From: Callorhinchus milii
Lineage: Eukaryota
DNA length: 64,000 nucleotides
Direction of reading: 5' to 3'
NCBI RefSeq assembly: GCF_018977255.1
Contig: NW_024704742.1
Coordinates: forward strand, 82,648,001-82,712,000
The position numbers and the translations under genes are program-made. This document shows, piece after piece, positions 39,014 to 50,245 of this stretch (the first letter of the stretch is position 1; each line of letters starts with the position of its first letter). The notes below the pieces were generated by a model. The model was not told where the DNA came from, made no database searches, and was given only the letters and a program-made list of their open reading frames with translations.

Positions 39014-39743
39014 GGTGACTTGTTTTACCCTGAACTGTCCTTCCCCCACATCCGAGCCATGACCGGCACTGCCTACCACCATCTCCGCAGCATTGCCAGA
39101 CTCTGCCACTGCCTCACCCCTCAGGCTGCCAAAACCCTGACCCACTATTCGTCACCTCAAGGCTTGATTACAGGAACTCCCTCCTCATCGGCCTTCCCTT
39201 CACAGGCTGCAGATCATCCAAAACTCTGCAGCTCGTGTACTCTCACTCACCAGGCTCCATGACCCCATCACTCTCACTCTCTCCTGATTCCACTGGCTCC
39301 CAATCCCCTAGAGGATCGCATTCAAGATCCTCACCCTCACCTTTAAGGCCATCCATGGCCTTTCCCCTTCCTACCTCTCTGACCTGCTGACTCTCTATGA
39401 GCCTCCCGGCTCTCTCTATTCATTGGGCTCTGGCCTGCTCCATGTCTCCCTCCCGACCCTCCCTACCATCGGTGGCCGGGCTTTCAGCCTTTCTGCCCCC
39501 AAACTCTGGAACTCCATCCCACGGTCCCTTCCCCTCGCTTCCTCCCTTGCCTCCTTGAAGGCCGGTCTCAAGACCCTTCTCTTTGACCGTGCCTTTGGTC
39601 TCCCTCCCACCTCTCTGCCTTCCCTCACCCCTACGCCACCCTTCCCCCATGCTCGGGCCCTGCCCACCTGACTGTTCAGCGCTTTGGGACGTACTCCCGA
39701 CGTGAAAGGCGCTCTATAAATGTAATTTTGTTGTTGTTATTGT
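39014..39743 (+). mobile_element. L2 LINE, 5'-truncated
   Basis: HHLRSIARLCHCLTPQAAKTL...PTIGGRAFSLSAPKLWNSIP...KAGLKTLLFDRAF; 3' stem-loop and (TTG)n. Confidence 0.92.
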
Positions 39744-41944
39744 GGGCAAGCCTTTTGGTTTGTATTTCTTATGTGACAGTACAACGTGGCCATATAAATC
39801 GTATTGAAGTGCAATACTGTGGTGAAGGTTACCTGAGACACATATGGCTGTTTTAGCTCACCGAGCAAGAGAGAGGTTTGTCGAAGGTATTCCCCTCAGT
39901 CTCCTCCCTAATGTGCAATTAGCCTGCAAATAACCTTTTTGGGGGAATTTTTGCAGTCAGATAAATCATACCTTCAATGAACAATCTTTATCATGAGATA
40001 AAAAGGAACAAAAAAATAACAACCGGGTTGGAAATTGGAAGTCAAAACGTACAATAAAATCCTGCAAATGCACCACAATAATTTACATTTATATAGCACC
40101 TTTCACATCAGGAGGAAATCTTAAAGAGCTTCACACAGCTGACTGCTATCAAAGGGTGGTATTGGGGCCAAGGGGGGTTTAGGAGTGTGGATAGGTAGAT
40201 GTGGAAAGGGTGGGGAAAGTGACCGAAAGCGTGGTTAAAACAACATCTGATGGAGAAAGCCAGGTTAATATCTTGGGTGCAACCAATTATTCGAATGGTT
40301 TTGTCAAGGAGCAACTCCGCAAAATCTAACCTGTTCTATTCAATGCAGAAACAGAAATTACACGCACACAGCAGGCCGCTTAGCCCACTGCATTATTTTT
40401 GACGTTGATCGACATGCTGTGGATTTTCCAGCAAGTCCGTTTTTTATTTCCAATGAATATCAATTAATATATCCCTCTGTGATTTGAAATAGTCCCACAT
40501 TGCAACCCGCCTGAAACTTGAGTTAGAAAATACAATTTCCAATGTTTTCAGGGCTCTGAGTCAAGGAACCGTAGAGCTTCTGGTGCATGTCTGAGTAATG
40601 TGTCTATATTTCTCAAGTAGCACCTTATCTGTCCAGTCATCTCACCCTGCACCATTCCAAGGTTATTTTCTTCAAGAAAAACCTCAGGTAGAAATATCAG
40701 CCAGTACTATACATTAAAACATACAGTCACTGTACTTTACAATAAATTCTGTAAAATGTTTTAAGACGTCCTCCCAAACGTGAAAGGCGCTTTACCAAAT
40801 GTAAGGATTATTATTGCTATTATTTTAATATTGAATTGCATGAATGATTTCTGAATGTTTGCAATTTTTGATTCATTTTTGAAAATAATTTTTCTCCCTT
40901 TTACTCTCACCACTCACCACATTCAAACCTTTCTGTGCTCTGGTTTTGGCTATTCACATGCTACAGCTATTAACAACTGATATTTTGATTGTATCCTTCA
41001 CATATCTGTCTACTTCCTTCTTGACACCCACAATGACCTCTACCTCTGCCATTTTACTTGCAGTGCATTCCACATCCCAACAACTCTGTAAATGAAAAAC
41101 GTTTCTCCTAAGCTCTCCTTTCGCTCTTCTTGGGACTATTTTATGACTGTGGTCCCTTGTGACTGATTGCCCCTCCCCTTTATATTAGACCCCAATATCT
41201 CAAAGAGCTTTACCATTTATATAATATCTTGGTCAGGCAACATCCAGCAAAAGTTTGGATTGATATGAATCATGCCAATTCTTCTACAAATCTATGTTGA
41301 ATCTACCACGACTATTATTGGGGTTTGTTTATCCAAAAGAAACAGAATATTCCCTCATATGGAAATGTTTGAAAAATATTCATTACAGCCTTTGAAACTC
41401 AATTCAAGATGGGCAACGCTTAGCCAGAGAAAAGACGAAACGTCTCTGAATGTTTAGTGCGATGTGAGCTAAAATAATCCCCCTTTGCTTATCATACATA
41501 TATTCCAAAACATTGTGCCTAGATTCCCCATGTGATGGTTCCTAAATTCAGTTGCATTGTCCAGAGGAGATCCCAGTACTTCTCCACACCAAAGGATGTA
41601 GGTTAGTTGATAAATCAGCACCTCTCTTTTCTGCCCCTGGTGATGACTAGTTCACAGATCGACAATAACAGATTTCAATTGGGACTTACCTCAAGCACAT
41701 TAGGATAATTCCAAATTGGAGGGAGGGAAGGAAAAGAAAAGTCAGCAGCTAAGGGGAGGCAGTGAGTGGAATATGGAAATATAAATGAATATAACCCAAT
41801 ATATCCGCTTGATCAAGCAGATGATTTATTTCCTGCAATCAAAGCTTTGCAAAGAATGTTATCCTGCTTCTGTTTGCCAATCTTAAGATGACCCTTCAAT
41901 CCCATTAACAATTACTGGAGAAGATTCTGCAAATAACACTAACC

Positions 41945-42130
41945 CACCCTTGCATTCGATATAACTCCTCATTGTGTCGTTGAGACGTCTCAAAGTGCTG
42001 CATAGAAGACATTGTAAAGTGGTGTGCAAAACCAATTTGTACCATGAACATCCCACAAACAGGCGTGGTGTAAATGATCATTTTTTTATTGGGGGATTGT
42101 CAGCCAGAATACTGGGATAAACTCCCTTCA
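41945..42130 (-). mobile_element. Deu-type SINE 3' portion
   Basis: Tail and body motifs; ends where the younger SINE at 42141 begins. Confidence 0.6.
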
Positions 42131-42140
42131 AATGGGGCAG

Positions 42141-42462
42141 TAATAATAATAATAATCCTTGCAGTTGATATAGCGCTTTTCATGTCGGGAGGACGTCCCA
42201 AAGCGCTTCACAGAACACACTGTAAAGTGAATTGACTGTATATTTGTGGCTGAACGCGGCAGCCAATTGCGCACAGCAATGTCCCACAAACAGTCGTAGA
42301 TTGAAAATGACCAATTTATTATTGTTTTTGGTTTTGGAGGGATTATTATTAGGCTCTGTGTGGAGTAAGGAAACTTGCCCAAGGTTTCGTCCTGCCTGGA
42401 ATTGAACTCAGGTCTCTCGCTTGCAAAGCGAGTGCTCTAACCACTGAGCTACAGGACTCCAC
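42141..42462 (-). mobile_element. tRNA-Ala-like SINE, short form, young
   Basis: Nearly identical to 56258-56579. Confidence 0.92.
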
Positions 42463-43086
42463 ATGTGATTTGTGATTTGAACCACTCTTGCATTTATCTG
42501 CCCAAGTCCGTTTCTTACCATTATTCCGCATCATATGGGTGCATCTCTTGTATGTCAATTTGTTGTTGAGGCTAAGAACCATGGCAACCGTTCTTGCCAG
42601 AAGACATGCAAGTCACGTTTGAGCAGGCTTGTGACATCCTTTTTCCTCTGGAGAATCAGGAGCATGATGCATTCCATCAGTCATTTCACATTTGCCTTCT
42701 ATGATCGCTGCCTCTATCAATAATTCCCTTCCAACAGCTCCTGACATCTCTTAGGGCTTCTCAACCTCTTTTGCCTACAGTTGACTGTTTTGTCCTCATT
42801 ATATCCAACTTTGTAGCAGCATTCCTTTCAGAACAAAGACCTGAAAATGTTGGATTAGTTAGATTCTGCTGAAGGCATTTTTTTTGTTGCTTTTTGCTGA
42901 ATGTTTATATAGCTGTGCCACTTTGCTGCTCATATTGGATACACTGAGTCTCAACAACACAACTGATAAATCATAGGAAATGTTGTAGGTTGTGACTCTT
43001 GGAACCTGCAACATTTTACAAAAGATTCAGGGTAAAATATCCATTGTTTCACAACCAATTTGAATTGTTAATTATCACTTGCTGAT

Positions 43087-44090
43087 AATACAAATTACAT
43101 TAGAATTGCACCTTTCACATCGGGAGGACGTCCCAAGGCACTGGACAGTCAGGGATTTGGACCCGAGCTGGGGGTCAGGATCGGGGAGAGTGGAAGATAA
43201 GGAGGGTAGGATGCTGGCCGAAGGCTCAGTTGAAGAGGAGCGTTTTGAGACACACCCTGAAGAAGCAAGGGAGGGACTGAGGTGAAGGGACTGTGGAATG
43301 GAGTTCCATTGGGTCTGAAGTCCCGGCCGCCAATGGTAGCGTGGATCAGTTGGGGGACGTGGATCAGGCCAGAGCCTGTTGAGCAGAGGGAGCGGACAGG
43401 TTGATATGGAGTCAGCAAGTCGCAGAGGTAGGAAGGGGCAAGATCGTGGAGGACCTTGAAGACGAGGATGAGGATTTTTAATTCTATCCTCTGGGAGATG
43501 GGGAGTCAGTGGAGCCAACGAGGGTGGGGGTGATGGTGTCACAGAGCCTGGTGGGGGAGAGGACATGAGCTGCAGAGTTCTGGATGATCTGCAGCTTGTG
43601 GGGGTAGGAGTTAGGAAGGCCGACAACCGGGGAGTTGTCATAGTCAAGCATAGATGTGGTGAATGCGTGGATGAGGGTTTCGACAACCTGAGGGGTGAGG
43701 CAGTGGCAGAGCTGGACAATGTTGCAGAGGTGGGGGAAGGCAGGGAGGGTCATGGCATGGATGTGTAATAGAAAGGATAGTTGAGGGTCAAACAGTCCAA
43801 GGTTCCGGACTGGCTAAGTAAGGTGAAGTGTGCATCCTTGGATGGTGATGCTGTCAGCGCTGAGTTGAGGAGGCGCTGATGGGAGCCAATCACGAGAACC
43901 TCGGTCTTGTTGACGTTCAGCTGAAGAAAGTTAGTTCTCATCCAGAACTTGATGTCTGACAGATATTCTGTCAGGACAGCAGTGGTCCTGGAGTCAAGGG
44001 TGGAGGCAGAGAGGTACAATTGGGTGTCATTAGTATACATGTGGAAGTTGACTCCATGTCTGTGGATGATGTCACCAAGAGGGAGCGTAT
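43087..44090 (-). mobile_element. L2 LINE, 5'-truncated, including the RT catalytic-motif region
   Basis: YTLPLGDIIHRHGVNFHMYTNDTQLYLS (decayed YADD)...FLQLNVNKTEVLVIG; frameshifted C-terminus; L2 tail. Confidence 0.92.
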
Positions 44091-44184
44091 AGTGTAGTGC
44101 TTTTATGATCACATTGATGCCAGTTTTCAACAATATATTTGTTTAAACATGTGGGTTTATAATTTCAAAATACCTGAAAGCAAT

Positions 44185-44525
44185 TTACAGGCAACTGCTG
44201 TAAAGTCTGGCAAATGTGTGCTTCCACACAGCAATCTCACACTAACAGCCATGAATGAATGTCCAATTTACCTGGAGTACGATTGCCCAGAACACTGGGA
44301 GAAACTCTGTTCTCCTTTTTAAACAGTGTCATGGAATCTTCAAAATGTTCACTTGAAAAGGCAGACAATTAACATCTCATCTGAAGGATGGCACCTCTGA
44401 TAAAGCAGCTCTTCCCCAGCACTGCGCTGGACTAGCATCCTTGATTGTGAGCTCCAGGGCCCACCGTGTGGCTTGAACCCACAACCTTCAAACACAGACA
44501 CAAGGGTACTAACATCGGAACCAGG
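44185..44525 (-). mobile_element. Deu-domain SINE
   Basis: cagaggtgccatccttcagatgagatgttaa Deu motif with head and body. Confidence 0.75.
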
Positions 44526-46457
44526 ATAGGAATTACGATCATGACTGTGCTGAAATCAACATAACAAACACGTGACAATTGATACTGGAGATGAGTTCCA
44601 AAGTCAAGTGAGAATTGGCACAAGTCCAAATTGGATCAATTCGGATCTATTCAGAAAAAAAGTAAACTGTTCTTTTTATCCACACTTTCAGTTAAGCTGC
44701 TTCTTTACTTTTTTTATCTTAAAAGGTCATGGTGATAATAATGTTGAGTGATAATATTTCTCTTTCTGCAGGTCCAGTGCCATTTTCTGTTCCATTTCCC
44801 TCTCTTGTACCTGACATCCGAGCTTGACATCATCTCAACAAAAGGTAAGTCCACGGTTGTTTTTATCTCATTGATGGTCAATTGTAAAATTTTCAATAAC
44901 AATTCAGCAAATAGATGAACTATGGTATTAAAGCATTACAACCAATGCTTTAAAAGGAAAATCTGTGAACAACCATTAACATGCTATAGGCAGGGGGCAA
45001 GGCTGAGGAAGGGGAGCAGACAGGAAAAAGGATGAGAAAAAGATTAAAATACTCATCTTGTAACAATTAGTTGAACAATTTCAGCTGCTTAAGAGTTGAG
45101 GTCAAGGTCGGCTTTGCATTTTTGTTGTAAGTACTTTTAGATTATCTTTTTTCACATCTGCCAATTAAAAGAATGCAAGCCGGTTATGCATTTGGGCACA
45201 CACGTCTTTTTGTGAGTGTGGAGTGAAAATAAAGCCAATTGGGCATTAATAAGCAGTCATTTATTCTCCAGGTTCACCGAAGGCAAGATTAATAGGAATG
45301 TGTGGCTGCAAAAAATGCTCTGGAACAGGGCCAGAAAAGTGTAACTGTTCCATCCTTGCACTTCCAGTACGCCTTACAGTTCAAACAGCTCCTTCTACTA
45401 TGACCATATGGAATTTGATGATCAACATTTAATACTTATACCACAATAAAAACTTGCATTCTCAATCTTTCTTCTGAAATTGCACTGAATGACCGAGTTA
45501 GGATTATTAAGGTTATCTGATCCAAGCTTCCACAGCTGAGAAGGTATATTTGTGGGGACTGTTACTAAGGACAGGTCTGACCTAGCATCTAGGTTATTTA
45601 GATTAGTATGATGATGTTTAGAGAACTGATGAGATTGAGGCACTGGAGAGGAATCAGAAAAGAGCATTTGAGTTGTCTCTGAAACTTGGAATTCTTAAAA
45701 TGTGTATGGTGAAAGGGTGAGAATGAATATTCTGGGGGTGGAGGGATTGTTTCAATCTCTGATGATCTTGTAATAATAATATTAGGCTTATGTGTCCAAT
45801 CTTTGATAGACTAGATTTAGTTATGCAGTTATGTGTCCCTCCTGTGTGATCCATTGGTGCAGGTTTGAGTCTTAGATCTGAAGCCTTGTGGTTAGAGAAT
45901 GCCACCCAGTCCTGGGATCTAGCAACAAAGAACATGCACCTAATTTGGGGGGTCTATTGTTAGCACTGTCCACTGGCAATATATATACAATTCTTGGTGG
46001 TGCAAGGAGGATTCTCATCACTTCTCCAGCGTTCAAAGCCGTATATTTATGCAAACTTCAGATTTGGTTTTCTGGAGCTGGACATTATTGAAATATCTGA
46101 GCACCATTCTTTGTTGTATCCTACGTAGCAATGCATCACGTAACATCAGATGGCTATAATACAAACATTCCATTTTCCAAGGCTTAAAACCCTTGTCTTG
46201 CTGTGCACAAAATGAAAAGAGAACAGGCTCAATAAGGTAAATGGCTTTCTCCTGCTCCTGTTTTCCTATGTGGGCAGTGACATAATACGCCATGTTTGTA
46301 TTGCCCCAAAGGACAACTAAACTTCAAAAGAAGGCAAAATAATGCACCAGAATAATAGCTTTAAAACTCATAGAATTAAGAACCGTTAAAGTGGTATTAT
46401 TTTCCCAATTTTCATTGATAAATGCCAGTGTTTTTCCCAAAGTCTACAGTTAAAATG

Positions 46458-47012
46458 ACAACAACAAAATTACATTTGTAGCGCGCCTTTCACGTCGGGA
46501 AGACGTCCCAAAGCGCTGAACAACAACAACAACAACAAAATTACGTTTATAGAGCGCCTTTCACGTCGGGAGGACGTCCCAAAGCGCTGAACAGTCAGGG
46601 GCCTAAGCATGGGGGAGGGGTGTGTAGGGGTGAGGAAAGGCAGAGAGGTGGGAGGGAGACCCAAGACACGGTCAAAGAGAAAGGTCTTGAGACTGGCCTT
46701 GAAGAAGGCAAGGGAGGAAGCGAGGCGAAGGGACCGTGGGATGGAGTTCCAGAGTGTGGGGGCAGAGAGGCTGAAAGCACGGCCACCGATGGTAGGGCGA
46801 GTCGGGCGGGAGACATGGAGCAGAATGGAGGGGGAGGTTGGTAGGGAGTCAGTAGGTCAGAGAGGTAGGCGGGGGCAAGGCCATGGATGGCTTTCAAGGT
46901 GAGGACAAGGATCTTGAACTCGATTCTCTGGGGGATGGGGAGCCAGTGGAGTCGGGGGAGGATGGGAGTGATGGGGTCATGGAGCCTGGTGTGTTAAAGT
47001 GCACAAGCTGCA
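46458..47012 (-). mobile_element. L2 3' fragment with a duplicated terminal tail
   Basis: Close to 39230-39743; two tandem stem-loop/(TTG)n tails at 46458-46590. Confidence 0.9.
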
Positions 47013-48413
47013 GAATAATAAGAATAAGAATTTTTCATTCAAAACCCAAATTTATTGTGATTTTGTGCGCACAACCATCTCAATGCGTGTTCAGAGGGAC
47101 ACAATGCAGCCAAGAGGGTTTCCCGAAGCGAGGATGAAGTGAATATTTCAAAATTAATCCTGATTTTAACAAAACTTACCCAGATTTTGCTATTGATAAT
47201 TCTGTACTCCTTCCCCCTACTCTCCCCAATTCCCACACTTTCAGCCACTACGCCCCAAAGCTTTGGAACTCTCTCCCCCAATCCCTCCACCTTGCCCCCT
47301 CCTTCCCCTCCTTTAGATCGTGGCTGAAGACCTTCTTCCTCAATCGTGCTGATGGTCATCTCCTCCATCCCTTCAGCTCAACATCAGGTTCTGCCATTAT
47401 TAAGTGCTCCAAGACGCTGCCCCGTGTGACGGGCACTATGCAAGTTGTTGCTGTTTTGGGAGACTGATTGGGGAAATATTAAACCGATAATTCACAGAAA
47501 GTTGCCATCAACAATAGAAGCTATTGAATTCACTAATACCAAGCAGTGATGAAAAACCTGCACTGAGAGAAAGATATTCTGTTCTATTCCATATGTTGCA
47601 AGGCATGGGGAAATTAACATTCAACAGCGTGCATGGTTGCAGGAGGTGATGATATTGATATTGGTTATTCCATTGTGCTTGCTTGCTTGCTTGTTTGTTT
47701 GTTTGTTTGTGTTGTACTGCATCTCATTTCCTGTTGAGGAAAACAAGACTATTATGCTGATCACCCATTCGTAACAGACATTTCAAACAGATTGCATCTT
47801 CGTTGGTGGTAAGGTAATTGAAACAGGTCTACCAAGGCATTAGGAGAAAATAGCATACACAATAAATGCCAATTAATCAGTTTTGATCCTATGAACACAT
47901 CTTTCTTGAATATTAATGGCTGATAATTAATTTTCCTTCATGGCAGCACAGCTGCAATGATATTTTAGAAAGTAGTCATTATTTTGTTATGAATGAATGT
48001 TTAATGAATCCTCTATGTGATTATATATATGTGATTATCAATAATAGATCTTCTTTAACTAATTTAACTATTCTTCCCTGGGCCCCATTTCCCAATTGAG
48101 CAGTTATCGATTTACTTTTAGCAGTTATCTGACTTCTCATTGTTGATACATCACCTGTGAGCAGTGAAATCACTCTTCAGCTGTTTTAGATGTAGATGAG
48201 ACAAAAACGAGCTGCCTTATAATTATTGTTGTAAAACTGTCCAAAAAAAGTGAACAAAATATGAATTTATCAGATATCTTGGACGCCATTCTTCCACTAC
48301 TGAGTTAGTTAGCCTATACTCTGCCTTGGCATCTTCATCTGCAGAAAGGGGCATTAAGTTGGAGGTTTGAGCATTCAGCATGGCTACAATGGAGCATTGT
48401 TATAATGTCTTGC

Positions 48414-48827
48414 TTGGGATCCGTAAAATACCAGCTACAGTGAGGTGCACCTGCCAGTCTCACTGCACATACGCACAGCTGGCAGTTCATTCCCTGCACT
48501 GGCTTGTTCCAGCCCTAAATTAAAAATATGTCCACCTTCCATGTCATTGGGCCACCTTGAACCTCACTTCCTGTGTGCTGTGCACACCTTTAGCAGGTGG
48601 CAACCTGATGTCCCAGAACTCGGATATTTCTTATGGCTCATTTTGGGTGTAGGCCTTGACATTTAGTTAACAAAACATCCAAAATGCATGCAGAAAGTCG
48701 GACGGCTCACTCCAAAATGCCAGCTGTGGAAGACTCTGTTATCTGCACATGTGCAAAGTAAATATGGAAGTGCTGACCTGTGATTGTGTCTTGCTTATAA
48801 TGCTATCTGGGATTTTATGGATCCCAA
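48414..48827. mobile_element. Putative non-autonomous DNA transposon (MITE-like)
   Basis: 23-bp terminal inverted repeats, 20/23 matching: ttgggatccgtaaaataccagct versus atctgggattttatggatcccaa. Confidence 0.55.
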
Positions 48828-48975
48828 TTACTGTGGTAATGGAGTTTTAGTGTATTCTAGGATTGTAGAATCTGAACCTATTAGTTCTATTTATCAGTAT
48901 AACAACTTCCCATTTTCAGTGCCTTCAAATTTTCAACCAGAACACAAGAACTGATTCCGATATTTTCACTAGACT

Positions 48976-49083
48976 TATAATAATAATAATCCTTGCATTT
49001 GATATAGCGCTTTTCACGTCTTTGAGACATCTCAAAGTGCTTCACAGAATATACTGTAAAGTGAATTGACTGTATATTTGTGG
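48976..49083 (-). mobile_element. SINE 3' fragment
   Basis: Shared tail with (TTA)n. Confidence 0.8.
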
Positions 49084-49304
49084 ACTTGAGCTGGGATACC
49101 TTTAGTTTCAATGTTTTGACGACTATTTAAAATAGAGTATCCGTTATCTGCTAAGTCAAGAACTGCTTTAATTTAACTCTTACCTGTCTAAAGAAGCACT
49201 TAATAATAATAATAATAATAATTATTTGGTTACTCAATACATGACTGTTTAAGGTGACGTGATAAGGTGCTATATCAAATGCAAGGATTATTATTATTAA
49301 TTTT

Positions 49305-49696
49305 ATGATAATAAGAGTATTACATTTGATAGAGCACCTTATCACGTCCTCAAAATGACTCAAAGCTCTTCACAGAATATACTGTAAAATGAATTGACTG
49401 TATATTTTATGGGCGAAATAAGGCAGCCAATTGCGCACAGCAGTGTCCCACAAGCATCGTGGATTGAGTGACCAAATTATTACTATTCTTTATTTATTAA
49501 ATTATTTTTTTTTCAACGGATTATTACTCCCAGAAAAGCAATCCATCAATTGACTAACAATCGGGGTCCTGCTTACTGCTGTGTAAACAGAGGTGTGTGG
49601 AAGAAGGAAACGTCCCTAATGTTTCGCCCAGCCCATTAGTCAAACCCAGGTGCTCGCCCATGCGAGGCGAGCGCTCTAACCACTGAGCTACTCCAC
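49305..49696 (-). mobile_element. tRNA-derived SINE, long form
   Basis: Head gtggagtagctcagtggttagagcgctcgcc, extra internal segment, shared tail. Confidence 0.85.
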
Positions 49697-49999
49697 AGTG
49701 TCTGCAGTGTGTAGTGATAGCAGGCAGGCAAGTAATGAGTGAGCCCAATGCGTGCACACATAGTGAATGGAGTTGATAGTGCAAACGCATTAGAACCAAG
49801 TATACACTGTAAGAAAGTGGGTTGTAATACGATATGAAACAAATTTACATTTATATAGCGCTTTTCATGTCGGAAAGACATCCCAAAGCGCTCAATAGTC
49901 TTGGCTGGACACCCGAACTGAGACTGAAAATCTGTATAGAACACATTTTTTTGTTAAATGATGTAGAAACAATGGGGTAAAAACTATGATGTTTTAATA

Positions 50000-50245
50000 T
50001 CCCGGCATCGGCGGTCAGTCCTTTAGCCTCTCTGCCCCATCATTTGGAACCCCATCCCACAGTCCCTTCATCTCGTCCACTCCCTTGCCGCCTCCAAGGC
50101 CGAACGCAAGACCTTCTTCTTTGACGGAGCATTCCCCTTCCTCCACCCCTCCTGATCCCAACCCTCAACTCAAGTACAAATCCTTGGCATGCTTGGGACA
50201 TCTTACAGTTAGGGTTAGGGTTAGGGTGCTATCTAAATATAATAG
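50000..50245 (+). mobile_element. Old L2 3' end containing (TTAGGG)3
   Basis: atcggcggtcagtcctttagcctctctgcccc...caagaccttcttctttgac; tail holds telomeric hexamers at 50209-50226. Confidence 0.75.

Noticed and set aside
43075..43719. Longest ORF (214 aa, Pro/Ser-rich)
   Set aside because: Alternative reading frame of a C-rich L2 fragment.
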